DNA of 64,000 nt from the NCBI GenBank assembly GCA_050084985.1, contig JBITNC010000001.1:202182001-202246000 (forward strand). The letters are read 5' to 3'. The notes beneath the pieces were generated by a model. It made no database searches and was not told where the DNA came from. It was given only the letters and a program-made list of their open reading frames with translations. The stretch is from Nageia nagi (lineage: Eukaryota; Plantae; Pinophyta). Position 1 is the stretch's first letter. The number at the start of each line of letters is the position of its first letter. This document shows positions 1 through 11,691 of the stretch, piece by piece. A program made the position numbers and the translations under genes.

Positions 1-169
1 TTGAATTTTTGAAAACCGAGTTAAAATGGGAAATTTATGCTAGAGGAGAGTTTTGAGAGTTGGGATGTCATCAATGCATGAGGTCAAATGCCCAAGGCAA
101 ATTGAGCAAAAATGGACTTTGGCCAATCAAAATTTTGGCCAAACAAGGTAATTAAGGGTTCAATTTCAA

Positions 170-835
170 GCAACTTTGGGCTTCGAAATTTCATTTTTTG
201 ATCAAGTCTTCATGCGCAAAATTCTAGGCGCAAATTTAGGAGGCTTTAGTGACATCAAAGGCAAAATTTCAGCGCCTAGCCTCCATCCATATCAAAATTC
301 TCAAAATTTCACATCTTCATTTCGAAAATCAATTTTTGGGTATTGTGGGGGAACCAATTTTAGACATATTTAAGCTTGGTGATGTTAGATTTCAATCAAG
401 CATGAAGAATCCACACTTAGGCGCAGATTTGAGGGTGTTTGATAACACCAAAAGGGTGAATATTAGTGCCACCTTCTAGCTATACCAAAAGATGAAAATT
501 TTTAAGTTTCCAAATTCATTTTTGAGAATAAGGTAACATGGAGAAGGTGATTCTAAGCAATATTAAACTTTGAGATTTTCATTTTTGACCAAGTTTGACT
601 CCCTAAAATTCTAGGCGGGGATTTGCATGCCTTTGATGACATCAAAGGGGTGAATTTTGGTGCCTACCTCCAAATGATGAAGTTGAATTTTGTGAAAATT
701 GAAAATTTGGGCATGTGGGTGCATCAAGGGCTATATTGCGAGCATGTTTAAGCTTTGAAATTTTCATTTTTGAAAAAGTTTGAGTGCCCAAAATTCTAGG
801 CGAGGATTTGGCATGGTTTGATGACATCAAACTCA
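170..835. repeat. Degenerate tandem repeat, ~190-bp unit, about 4 copies (probably a TE internal or subterminal array)
   Basis: TAGGCG core at 225, 418, 612 and 797 (spacing 193/194/185). AAAATTCTAGGCG at 218, 605 and 790, each followed by a TGACATCAAA-like motif and preceded by TTTCATTTTT. Confidence 0.7.
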
Positions 836-2449
836 AAAAAAACATCTAGTAGAGTAATTCATGGGTTTGGGTCAAAATTTCAAAATTCACAAGATTTCAT
901 ATGCACATACCTAAGATACATGGTCCGTTTGGGGGGGTCCCATACCTTGTACCATACGTACTAGGTATGTGGACCAAACGTGGTATGTGTACTAGGTACA
1001 CGTTGACACATATTGGTACACGTACCAGGTGATAGCTTAAAAAACACACAATAAAATTATAAAAATACTTACCCTCTTCTATTTTATGTTGCACTCTGTC
1101 ACTTCTAACATCAAAACACTCAAAGTCACATACTATTTTCTTGTTGTTTCACTTGTAAAACCTCATGTGTAAAGGTTTATTTTGGATTTTGCATCATATT
1201 ATACTTATCATATATGGGCATCGGGAATTAATATAGAGTCTAGACATGGTTTTCCGTCTAAAATGTTATTCATGTTTATGAGTGTATCTAATATCATCCT
1301 TATTTTTTTCAAATTGCAAGTTAATATGGTATTTTAGAAAACATACACACACACATATGTCGTACCAATGTACTGGATTTTCAGCACCTAAATGTATCAC
1401 ATATCGAGTATTGGTATTTGCGTACCGCCATACCATGTGATCTAGGCACATACCCATTTGGAATTTGCATCATTTGGTTCAAAGAGCAAGCAAAATGAAC
1501 AAAAATTGCACAAGCTAGAGGTAGGCACATATTTTCAAGCTTTTGTGTCATCAAACACCAATGAAGCATGCAAAACACACCTTTGGGATGGTCAATAGAG
1601 ACTACGAAGCATGTAGAATGCACCAAAAGCACATTTGAGCACCAAAGTTGAGCACCAAAGCACATTTGGTCTAAACAATGAAAAATTTTCAAAATCCATG
1701 AGAAGACTAAAAACCTTCATTTTTCAAGAAAAAATGACAAAAGGGTGAAAATTGAGAATCATGTGTAGAATGGTGAGGAGCATGCACTTCCCTAGAATTT
1801 TTTGAAAAAAAGTGAAATTTGAGCATGATATGACTATTTGATCATTTTGGGGAGGAATTGTCCTAAAAATGGCTCCTCTAACCACTTTTGTTCGACCAAT
1901 GTGAACACATATATTTTGGCAAAAAGCATCCACACTTGCAAGAGAGGTCTTCATCATTCTTCACCAAAAAAACAAGCAAACAGGCTCAAAAACACCAAAA
2001 TGACTCCTAGATCCACGCAGATGGCCCGAATTCCTATGTATATAGCTTATATCTTTAATGGAATGAATTTGTTGCTCCCACAACTCGAATTGTAATTTTA
2101 TTTAGTTTTGAACTAGTCAATTTCCAAAATTTTGTAAATTTTGTGATCAGTCAACCAAGACAGTTGAGCACCAAAACTCGATTGACCTTGCCCTCATGAT
2201 CAATCAACTTGGCTAGTAGAGCACCAAAAGTCAGTTGACTTGGCCATACTGGCAAATTGTAATATTATAATTTTTTTTTTCTTAAAATTAGGGCAACACT
2301 TGGAAACCCTAGAATTTCTTAAATAGACCATAAGGGGGTGTCTTTTTTGTAGAATGAAAATTTTGAGGAAAAGTCAAATTTTTTTGTAAGGGAGGAAAAA
2401 TTTCGAAAAATTTTTGTAACTCTTTTGCAAGCTAATACAAGGTGGTGAC

Positions 2450-3250
2450 ATATACTCAAGCAAATTTGTCATTTATGGAGTGGTGGATTTGATCTTTGTG
2501 GCTTTCTTTTATAGTTTGAGTGTTTTCACTTATTTCCTTGAAACCTTTCGAGTTTTAGAAAAAAATTGTTGTTCAAATCTTTTAAAACACCTAAATTGCT
2601 TCTAGTTTACTACTTGTCTACCTCTCACATATCAAACAACTGTATTCTTAATCTATTTCTTTTCTACGCCATCCAATTTAAACATTCTCATTCAAACCGA
2701 ATTACCAATTGTGTTCTATGCTAAGTTTATGTGATTGCATTGGTCCCGTTCATGGAGTACCAACAATCAGCCTTGCCTTGTGCTCTAGCTTCAAAGATAA
2801 TTGGACTAAAATCATTTATGTTGAACTAAACTGATTAAATGAAAACTTCTGGATAGATTCGGAAAATACTTACTTTAGACAATACTTTGTTGTGACAATC
2901 GTGTTGTAATCTAACCAGTATTGGATTATGTCATTCTCTTTACATTTGCTTATTTTCTCTTTCTTGCTTTCTTTTTTTACAAAAAACACAACTTTCAATT
3001 ATTGCATAAACACCTCAGTCCTTGAAAGAAAAATGTGAGTTAACAGCTACTACCTCTCTCAAACTATTGAGTTGATTCCCAAGAACAAGATACAAAATTA
3101 TGCTTCTTTAACTAGGAACATGAACAAACCTTGGGGTTTTAGTCCTTTCAAGAAGAGGTAAGTTCCGCTATCTCACCTAAATGTTGGGTTGCTTTCCCAT
3201 CTTGATTGCCTAGGCGATTTACCGAGTGAGGAAATATTTCCTTCCCAACA
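2450..3250. mobile_element. Probable end of an LTR element inserted into the 5' LTR of element A (left boundary unresolved)
   Basis: Ends ...CTTCCCAACA at 3250, exactly where homology between element A's two LTRs stops. The CA terminus is typical of LTRs. The start coordinate is approximate. Confidence 0.45.
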
Positions 3251-3448
3251 TGCCCTATTTTTGAGATTCATTTACATGGTTTGGAGTAGTATTTCAGTCA
3301 TAATTCAGGTCTGATTTTTGGCATTAATATTGAGCTTATTTTGCAAATATTGGATTGATAATTCAGATATAATTTATTGCAATTAATTTGGTAAAATCTG
3401 AGTTTGATTTTGAGTAAATTAAGTTGTTCCCTAGTTGGGCACATGATA
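3251..3448 (+). repeat. Truncated 5' LTR (last 198 bp) of element A
   Basis: About 17 mismatches in 198 bp versus 7606-7803 by manual count (~91% identity). Ends CATGATA (CATGACA in the 3' copy). Confidence 0.92.
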
Positions 3449-3449
3449 G

Positions 3450-3461
3450 TGGTATTAGAGC
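3450..3461 (+). promoter_or_regulatory. Primer binding site (tRNA-iMet type) of element A
   Basis: TGGTATTAGAGC, one mismatch to the canonical TGGTATCAGAGC, 1 nt after the LTR end. Confidence 0.88.
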
Positions 3462-3837
3462 TAATGATCTTGCCAGCGTGTTAGGGAATTGCATTGGAAT
3501 TTGATTTTCAAATCTAGGGTTTGGAGACCCTAATTACAGGTTTGGAGGACTTGGAGGAGAGATCGTCCCATTTTAGAGGCTCAATTGACACTAGTTTTAG
3601 GATTTGGTGGCTTGAAGTGAGATTGTCCAAATTTTTGGAATTTCTTTGACATCATTTTCAAATCTGTGAGCTTGGAGTTATGTTGTCCAATTTTTGGAGA
3701 CAATTTTGCACAAATTCTCAGATCTTGAGACTCTTGGAGGAAGACATTTAGCCTCTGGAGAGAGTCTGAGCACATTTTTGACGGACGCTAAGCACATTGA
3801 GAGTCTGTAGGAGCCATTGTCACTTACAAATAATTCT

Positions 3838-5884
3838 ATGCAACCTGAGATCCTTCGACACTACCAAAGAAGGAATAGGGGCCACCAGGGAAAGGAAGAG
3901 TTGGCAGATAGAGGAGATCAAAGGTTGGAAGCCATGGGGAGATGATGGGCCGATTGATGGCCAAACTAGATGAGAAGTTACCTGATAGAGTTGCCATGCT
4001 TGATTGAGAGAGTAAGAGATCGGTTAAGTACTCCCATGCACCCCCTCCATGACCAATGAGACCCATGTTTACATAAAAGAAGACTTCAAATCTTGACTAG
4101 TTGATAGCAGAAATGGATGCTCTATTTCAAGAATACGTTGGAAAAACTAAGGAGTTCAAGATGAACATGACCTTCCAAAGTTTCTTGGAGATTATGAAAA
4201 AGAAGGTTGAAAACACTCCTAGGCCCTATGAGAAGAGGGAGTTGTAGCAAAAGATGCAAATGCACATTTTTGACAAAGGGTAGAAGATATTAGCTAGGGC
4301 TTGGTTGTAGAAAATTTAAATATATCTTTCCCTCAATCCCATGGATGAAGGGAAGGTCGTGTAGTTTGCATCATTTTGCGTAGGAGTAGCCTATGAATGG
4401 TGGCATCATGGTATTATCACACAAGGCCATGAAGAGGTGAGCACATTTGATGAGTTCAATCAAAGTATTTTGGATAGGTTTGAACAAAAAGATGAGTACT
4501 TGAAGGAGATGGCCACCTTGAAGCAAACCACCACTGTGAGTGCATGTATTGAAGAATTCCAGAAGATTGCAGTTATGGTTCCCAACATGACAAAGAAGAG
4601 GCATGTGTTCCTTTTTAGTGAGGGTTTAGCTGATTCCATAAAGGGTTTAGTAAAAGCCTTCAAGCCACCATCACTACAAGCCGCCATTAGGAGAGCACTA
4701 TCATTAGAGGCATCTACACCCTCTAGATCTTAGAATTCGGGAGCACCACCATTTAAATCTAGCTTAGCAGGTCCATCAGGGATGTCTTCATGGAAGGGAC
4801 AAGGAGATGGAAAAGACAACGTACTACCGTCAAAGGAACCCACCACCAGTACCTAGGACAACAAAGATGGATGAGGCTATGTGGGAAGAGTTGAAGAAGA
4901 AAAAGCTATGTTTCACATGTAGGAACCCTTGGAAGAGGGGACAACGTTGCCAAGGCAAAAGGCAACATTACTGCATTGAGGTCATGGTAGATGAGGATGC
5001 TTCAGATTATGAGATGAGGGAGGCCGATTTGGGAGAAATGCAGCATGAGGTTAGGGACATTGGGGGCACAATTTTCATCCTGAAAGGGACATTGGGGGCA
5101 CAATTTTCATCATGAAAAGTACATACCAATACCTCACTATCAAAGTGGAGGGAGAAGTAGAGGGGGAAAAGGTACTTGTGTTGATTGATGGCAGAGCCAC
5201 CCATAGTCTCATTGATGAGGGCTTTGTAGAAAGGGATTCAAAATGGAGGGGTTTGATGGATTCAACGTGGCCATAGGAAATGGACAAATTGCCCCTTGTT
5301 ACAAAATTGTGGAAAAGTTAAAGGTAAGTTTGGTAAGCTATTTTGTGATTAGCGATTTCTATGTCTTTCCCTTGGGAGGTTCGCCACACATAATGCTTGG
5401 AGTACAATGGTTGTACTTATTAGGGAAGATCACATCCAACTATAAAACATTGGAGATGAAATTCAAAGTCCATGGGTTCGAGGTCATCTTGCATGGAATT
5501 AAGGAGCAAGTTAACCAAGGTGCAACGGCTAAGAGATTAGAGGTGATCCGAGATGAAGCCAGCACACTCACAAAAGGTATGATTCATTCTCATGATGTTA
5601 ATCTCAATTGTCATTCCAACGTTGAGCCTAGTAGGAGTTCTTTTGGCATGAAGGATTCAGTTATTGAGAAGGGATATTTTGATTTGAGTTGCATGAGGAG
5701 AAGCACACCTAGGCAGCCTTTGATAGTTTGGGATTTCGGGAACGCAATTTTAACATGGCCACAAAACTGCCTTTGCAAAAGATGCATAATGAAGAATCAG
5801 TTTCAATCGTTAATTCACCAGGTCAATGTTTTGGACAGACTTGAGAAAACATTTTGGATAAAAAATAATGCTGTTCAGAACTGA
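3838..5884 (+). pseudogene. Disrupted gag-protease of element A
   Basis: Retrotransposon gag-like ...LKQTTTVSACIEEFQKIA...LFSEGL (4437-4733); knuckle-like LCFTCRNPWKRGQRC (4807-5115); aspartic protease-like VLIDGRATHSLI (~5175-5215) and IMLGVQWL. Many stops and frameshifts. Confidence 0.85.
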
Positions 5885-6527
5885 TATTTTGCTAATTTTC
5901 AAAGATGATTTCAGGGAAGCCATTGAGACTGTCTTTGTGACGACTGTTGGTGCAAACAGGGCTGTTTGTCTGCTGATTTCAGAAGCTGCTGTTGAAGGAG
6001 GAGCATTAGGACAGTTGGGGACTTGTTGTGTCTCATCTTACACTTCAAATAGGGCTGCATCTTCAACAATGTTTGGAACAAGTTTGGAGACCGTTTTGAC
6101 ATCACATAGGCAGATTTGTGAGACAGTAGGGGCTGCGCTTCACATCAGATCTGATTTCTTTATGATCTCTATGATGTATGGAGCCGCCACATCACATAGA
6201 TTTCCAGTTTTGGATGATGATTGCTTGAGGACCGATTTCGTTTTAAAGAAAGAGATTAGTGAACATGAGTTGGTAGATTTCATATATTCTTATGTGCAAT
6301 ACATGATGGCAAAGATGGTACTTCAGAATTCAACATGTATGGATCTTGATATAGATGTTTGGAAGACAATGGGCAGCTCTTGCAAAGGAAAAGTACGAGA
6401 GTTTGTTGGTTCTAAGTCTTCTCCAACACTTGAAGATGAAGATGAATGTGGGAAGAAGAAAGAAGGTTCAGAGTTTGTTGTTAAACATGTGACTCCAAAT
6501 TGCCTGGGGAGAGTGGTATTGTCATGA
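5868..6527 (+). CDS. 219-aa ORF of unknown function occupying the pol position of element A
   Basis: Longest ORF in the window. It overlaps the end of the protease frame and runs through the PPT into the 3' LTR start. No recognisable RT/RH/IN motif. Confidence 0.35.
   Translation: MLFRTDILLIFKDDFREAIETVFVTTVGANRAVCLLISEAAVEGGALGQLGTCCVSSYTSNRAASSTMFGTSLETVLTSHRQICETVGAALHIRSDFFMISMMYGAATSHRFPVLDDDCLRTDFVLKKEISEHELVDFIYSYVQYMMAKMVLQNSTCMDLDIDVWKTMGSSCKGKVREFVGSKSSPTLEDEDECGKKKEGSEFVVKHVTPNCLGRVVLS
6506..6517 (+). promoter_or_regulatory. Polypurine tract of element A
   Basis: GGGGAGAGTGGT immediately before the TGTCATG LTR start at 6520. Confidence 0.8.
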
Positions 6528-7803
6528 CCCAATTTTGAGGGTTTCACTCATGGGCGCTTCATCATCTTACCATTTTGACTTATGACATGAGATGTCCCTC
6601 CTCTAGGAGGATATATGATGTTTTAATGAATTTTGATGTTTTCTATGTATTTGGATATTTTAATTATGGCCCTATGATGATGATGTATGTTCCAAATTGG
6701 GTGCAAAAATGCATTATTGAGCATAACAAGATGGGACGTCCCCCTTGTAGGGGCAATTAGGAGTGATTTGAAGTAAAATAGGAATATTTAATTATTTTAT
6801 TAGGACATTTAGACTTAATTTTATATTTTGGGTATTTAATTTGTGATCCCAAGGTGGGATGCTCCATGTAATGATGTATTTGATGATTTGTAACCCCAAC
6901 CGGGAATTAGAACTTCTAGGTTGGGTCCGCCAACCCGTTCATGATGGGACTCTTGATATGAAAGGCAAGTAGAGTCTTATTTGGAAGCTATGCTTGATTT
7001 GATTCTTCTTTGGATGCAAGCTCCCCTTTCCTCTTATCATCAAGGGAGGTCCTTGAGGTCTGGCATTCCTCTTGGCTTATTTGTCTATCATCACTGTTGC
7101 TGAGTTCTCCATCAAGGAGATACTACCGAGGACTACTAGAATCCATCTAGGATTCACCTCTAGTGCTGAGGATTATTGGAATCCACCTGGGATTCACGAC
7201 TGCTGCTGAGAGAATTCTGCTGGTGAGATCTCCACTTTGGACGTCCAGCTTTGGAGATTGCTTTGGGTCCTGGCTACCCAACCCTAGTCTTCTCAGAGGG
7301 GCCTTTGTTAAGAGAGAACCTGAGTCACATTGGCACACCCAAATCTGCATTCAGAGAGCCTTCTTGCGGGACGTCACACTTTGGAGATATGCATCATTGG
7401 TGCATTGCATCCCTTCTTCTGCCTCACAGTGGGCCGTTCACCTCTAGGAGACCAGTTGTCGCATTTTTAAGGGCTTTTGGCTTCTTGAGGCTTGTAATTC
7501 ATTTATCTTGCCTCCTTACACATTTTGGCACTTCTCTCATAATTTTGTGGCTCATTTATTTGTACATTTCAGTTATATTTCAGTATTGATTCAGATCTTA
7601 TGTTGTGCCCTAGTTTTGAGATTCATTTGCATGGTTTGGAATAATATTTCAGTCATAATTCAGATCTGATTTTTGGGATTAATTCTGAGTTTATTTTGCA
7701 AATATGGGATTGATAATTCAGATCTGATTTATTGGAATTAATTTTGTAAAATCTGAGTTTGATTTTGAGTAAATTAAGCTGTGCCCTAGTTGGGCACATG
7801 ACA
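6520..7803 (+). repeat. Complete 3' LTR of element A (1284 bp)
   Basis: 7-bp inverted termini TGTCATG/CATGACA; last 198 bp duplicated at 3251-3448. Confidence 0.92.
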
Positions 7804-9000
7804 GATGGCATTTATCCTCCATATTTGGTGATAGGAGGGGAGAGAGAAAGAGGAGGGACCAAGGCTTCAATCCAGTTAAGAAGTTTGGTTGTTCATTACT
7901 CGATAGTGCTAGGAGCATTGACCTACATGGTTTGGTAGATCTGAGAGTATTCAATCGGGATACTGCTCTTCTGTAACCTAGCCGAGTTATACATCTCCCA
8001 AATTGGGTGTCTATCAGGAGCATTTGACCAGCAGCCCACTCCAATTGGTTAATATGGGGCTGATCAATTTCGGCCGATCTGGGAGCAAAGTGCATTAGGG
8101 TTCTGCAGAGTCAGTTGTAGGAACAGCCGGATGATTGCCTCTTCTGTCTGCATTAGGCAGGTGGGTTCAAAAAGGTTGTGTCAACTGTGGAGGGGATAAT
8201 GTGACACACAACTAAAGCCTTCCAGACTTGGGAGCTGACCATGTGCCTGACCAAAGCAATTGTGCTGCTCTTAACAGAGTTGAAACGATTATGGGCCATG
8301 GCAAGGTCACGTGGGTTAACCTGTCTTACTCATTCCAACTAGGTTGGGCTTTGGTAGGGTGCTCCAAGCTAATATATTAAGTAAGCATTATGTTTTTGAA
8401 TTATTCAAGAATAAGCAATAAAATACAAAGGGACTATTTTGGATTGCATTTTGGGCTAAATAATATCTTTTGCAAGATGTAGAAATATAAGATGTTTTTT
8501 TATCATCATGGTTCATACAATTGTACTTCCGTTTTATATATCATTTGTGCATCTGAAGTTTCTCGTAGGAAAAATATTGTTACTCGTATGTCAAAGTTCG
8601 TAGAGGTAATGCATTTTATGATCTACTTCTACCTAAATATAAAATACATAAATCCATTTTTGTTCGCCATTTTCTTTAAAACTTTATTGCTTATAAATGC
8701 ATTAACATGGCTATTGAATGCCTTTGTACTATATCTGTGGGTTTTATTGGAGTGAAAGCTTCAGCAGTATATCATATATGCAATTTCAGGTGCTAGTTCG
8801 GGATATCTGGGTATTTGAGAGGTCACTGTTTCAGCCTGGTGCAAGATGGCGCATTTGTGGGCGCATTTCCTTGTAAAATATACATGGGAAAATTTCCCAA
8901 GGCTTAGAAGATGGCTGCTAGAACTTTAGATGTTGGAGAACTTTTGTGTTAAATTTCCCAGCCACATTTGATATCCAGATTTAATGAGAAGTATATTTTG
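7804..9000 (+). ncRNA. Candidate spliced non-coding (or UTR) exons of a host or LTR-driven transcript
   Basis: GC-richer, CpG-retaining blocks at 7804-8380 and 8790-~8970 flank an AT-rich block bounded by GTAAGC (8381) and TTTCAG (ends 8789). No long plus-strand ORF. No expression evidence. Confidence 0.3.
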
Positions 9001-10511
9001 AAAAATAATGATGTTTTACTTAATTATGCATGGCATGAAGGGCTAAAATACCTAAAGGAAGAAACAGTAAAATGTTAATAAAAGCTTGTCTTTCTCTTAC
9101 TTGAAACGAATTTCATTGGAGAAGCAGGGTCAGGCTGAAATAGTTGTATATTGAACGAAAATTATAACAAATCATGTGCAAGAACCTCCAAAAAATAAAA
9201 CAAATAATGAACAATATTATTACTACAACCTTTTCCATTTTTCCTATTAATTGCACATGTGAATCTTAAGACATAATTTGGCCAAAATGTATCCTACGAA
9301 TATAATATAAGAAAAAATATAGTTCCAAGGATAAATGATTGCTGAAATACTACGTCAGTAATATTCTTCTCTTTCATTGCCAATCATCATTTGCATTCTG
9401 AAAGTGACATCTGTGTTCTCTTTATCAACTCTTTATGTACTGCTTTCGGTTCACAATTCAGAATTTTACCATACTATTTTCCTTTTTAAAGATTTTTTGG
9501 GCCTTGATTATTGGGTATAAAGACTTGGACAAGGTTTCATTTGATTTATTGCTTTTCATCTACAATATGTTACCCTTATTCGTGTAATTGATTAATTTTG
9601 TTCTTGGGTTGGTTCATAACACAGCATGCTTAGGTTAGAATTTTCAAGTTTTGATGTATTGAAATTTTTATTATAATCATACATCAGCAACAATGAGTTG
9701 ATTAATGAGTTGTTGGTTTCACAATTAATGTTGAAATGGTGTCCCTGTACAAGAGGGAACTTCTCATTGAGTTCTCCAACATATTCTAAAAATAGAAATC
9801 ATCAATTAATGTTGAAAACAAGGATTTTAAAAAAATCCCTAACCTTGTACAACACTTATAGATTGAAGAACTTATCACATGTTTACATCAGGAAGGTTCC
9901 TAGAAGGAAACACTTCTTAAAAGTTCTTTCTACCAAGAGACATCCTCCTTAAAGATTCCTACCTAAATAAGGACCAAAAATTTGAAAAATTATTACCGTC
10001 CAAAATGAGGTTCTACTGTACAAAGTGGATATCCCAGCATTCCATTTAAAATAGAGGCATCCTACCAAGATCTTCTTTTAGAAAATCTAAAATAGGAACT
10101 AGGGCTTAAAGCCCTTTCCCTATCCTTATAAAATCTAGGGTTTCAAAACCCCAAATAAACAAAAAAAAAACTATAGAAGGGTTTTGAAAGAGAAAAACAC
10201 TGCTTTGAAACAAGGGCTTGAATTTCCATTCCTTCCCTCATGTAAAAGAACCTTGTTCTCATAGTAGTAGAAATGAAGCTTTAAATCCTTCGCCATGGGA
10301 GAAAACACAATGTGGTATTGTACAAAGGCCATTGCCCTATAATAATTGTTCTTGCTTACGCTTCAAAAAAAGGCTCATAGATTTGCCATCAATCTACCAT
10401 TACCATTGCCCTAGAGCATCATTGTTAATGTCGCCTTCTCAAGTTTCACCAAGGAAAATATTATTTTTTTCTAACTAAAAATGAAAATATATCTTTTTAA
10501 TTCAGCAAATG

Positions 10512-10692
10512 TAGGGGAGTTGGTGAGAGGGGTAGTTGAAATCTCTCGAGTTGTTCACAAGAGACCCCAGGTTCAAATCTCACCCCGTCACTTGCAAGTG
10601 GATATGTCTAATGTAATAAATGACACGTGTTAATTCCCTACAAAACTTTGTTGTGTGAGAACATTGTCTTCTTCATATATATATATATATAT
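10512..10692 (+). mobile_element. tRNA-derived SINE (degenerate)
   Basis: A-box-like TGGTGAGAGGGG (10521), B-box GGTTCAAATCT (10570-10580) with tRNA-like spacing, then a ~90-bp body and a (TA)n tail at 10675-10692. No clean cloverleaf; TSD not resolved. Confidence 0.65.
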
Positions 10693-10753
10693 CATAACCT
10701 TGCATAAATGCTATAAATATTCATTGAAGGAAAAAACAAATGGAGATTGATAT

Positions 10754-11691
10754 TGTAATGACCCTATTTTTGAGAATATCTTGTATTTGGGATTTTCCAC
10801 AAATCTCTTCTACAAGTCAGATATGGTCGTTGCACCTTTAGAATTGGATAGAGCATCTTGTGGCATATGTTTTAATTGGTCACACGACCCCTTTTGGACA
10901 AGAAACGAAGGAGTTATGGTTACTTGAAGTTCGCCAGTGGGACCAATTTTCCATATTGTGCCCAGACACAAAAATCCACTTAACTTAGTGGATTTCTACT
11001 TAAAAGTGCAATGTTGGATTATAATAAGTTTTTATGTTATTTTAAGTACTTTTATTTGTAATAAACCCAATCAATGGTTTAGATTAGCTTAAAGGGGTCA
11101 ATGCAAGATTAAGGTTGGAGTCTATATAAGGAGGTGCAACGCTCCATTTTGGGCATGTTATTGATATTATTGAAATTGAAATCTGAAACCTTTGAGTTTT
11201 CTTAAGTGAAGATTGAAGGTCTTGCTCACCCCAAAGTGCATTGAAGGTGCATGGTTGGGATCTTTGGCAATTTCATTGAAGGTGTGATTGCCCTAAAAAC
11301 ACAAAAATACAAAAATAGTCCCAAGGAGATTCGTGGCATTGGTGGTAGCTTTTGCCTCCAGTTTTCCATTAAGTTTTGCAGTATGGATGTGATACTCAGC
11401 CTCCCCAAGGCTCACGCTCCTTGTTAGGGGTCTTGGTTGGCACATTTTGAGAGTTATTTGCTCTAATTCCATCCCTAATGTCCATTGTGGCATTTTGGGG
11501 GTGTTATATTTGCATTTTGATGTTATTTTGTGTATGCCCTTGGTTATTCCAGTGCATGTATTGTCTTGCAATATTTTAATATGTTCTCTTGGCTGGTTAT
11601 TACTCATTTCTGGGTGTCTTTTGAGTAATATTTCAGTTCTGTATTTTTTCTATGCTTGTATTTATGTAAATTTTGTTTTTGGAACATTACA
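10754..11691 (+). mobile_element. Solo LTR (938 bp)
   Basis: Termini TGTAATG...CATTACA with a perfect 5-bp TSD GATAT (10749-10753 and 11692-11696). TATA-like CTATATAAG near 11123 gives the orientation. No adjacent PBS or PPT. Confidence 0.92.

Larger units (their letters stand above)
3251..7803 (+). mobile_element. Element A: non-autonomous Ty3/gypsy LTR retrotransposon (gag + protease, no RT/RNaseH/integrase)
   Basis: 5' LTR remnant 3251-3448 matches 7606-7803. PBS at 3450, gag/CCHC-like/protease remnants, PPT at 6506, and a 3' LTR with TGTCATG...CATGACA termini. Confidence 0.9.

Noticed and set aside
7147-7589. Overlapping ORFs of 67-112 aa
   Set aside because: They lie within element A's 3' LTR; open by chance in GC-richer sequence.
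7718-8095. 125-aa minus-strand ORF as a gene
   Set aside because: No recognisable domain, it runs into the LTR end, and the visible splice signals are on the opposite strand.
7820-8340. Known miRNA/tasiRNA sites (miR156-, miR390-, miR482/2118-, tasiARF-like strings)
   Set aside because: Only 8-10 nt partial matches (e.g. CTCTTCTGTC at ~8139, GGCAAGGTCA at ~8300), too many mismatches to call, and no miRNA-grade hairpin seen.
10512-10590. Functional tRNA gene
   Set aside because: A/B boxes are present but there is no convincing cloverleaf; the following body and TA tail fit a SINE better.
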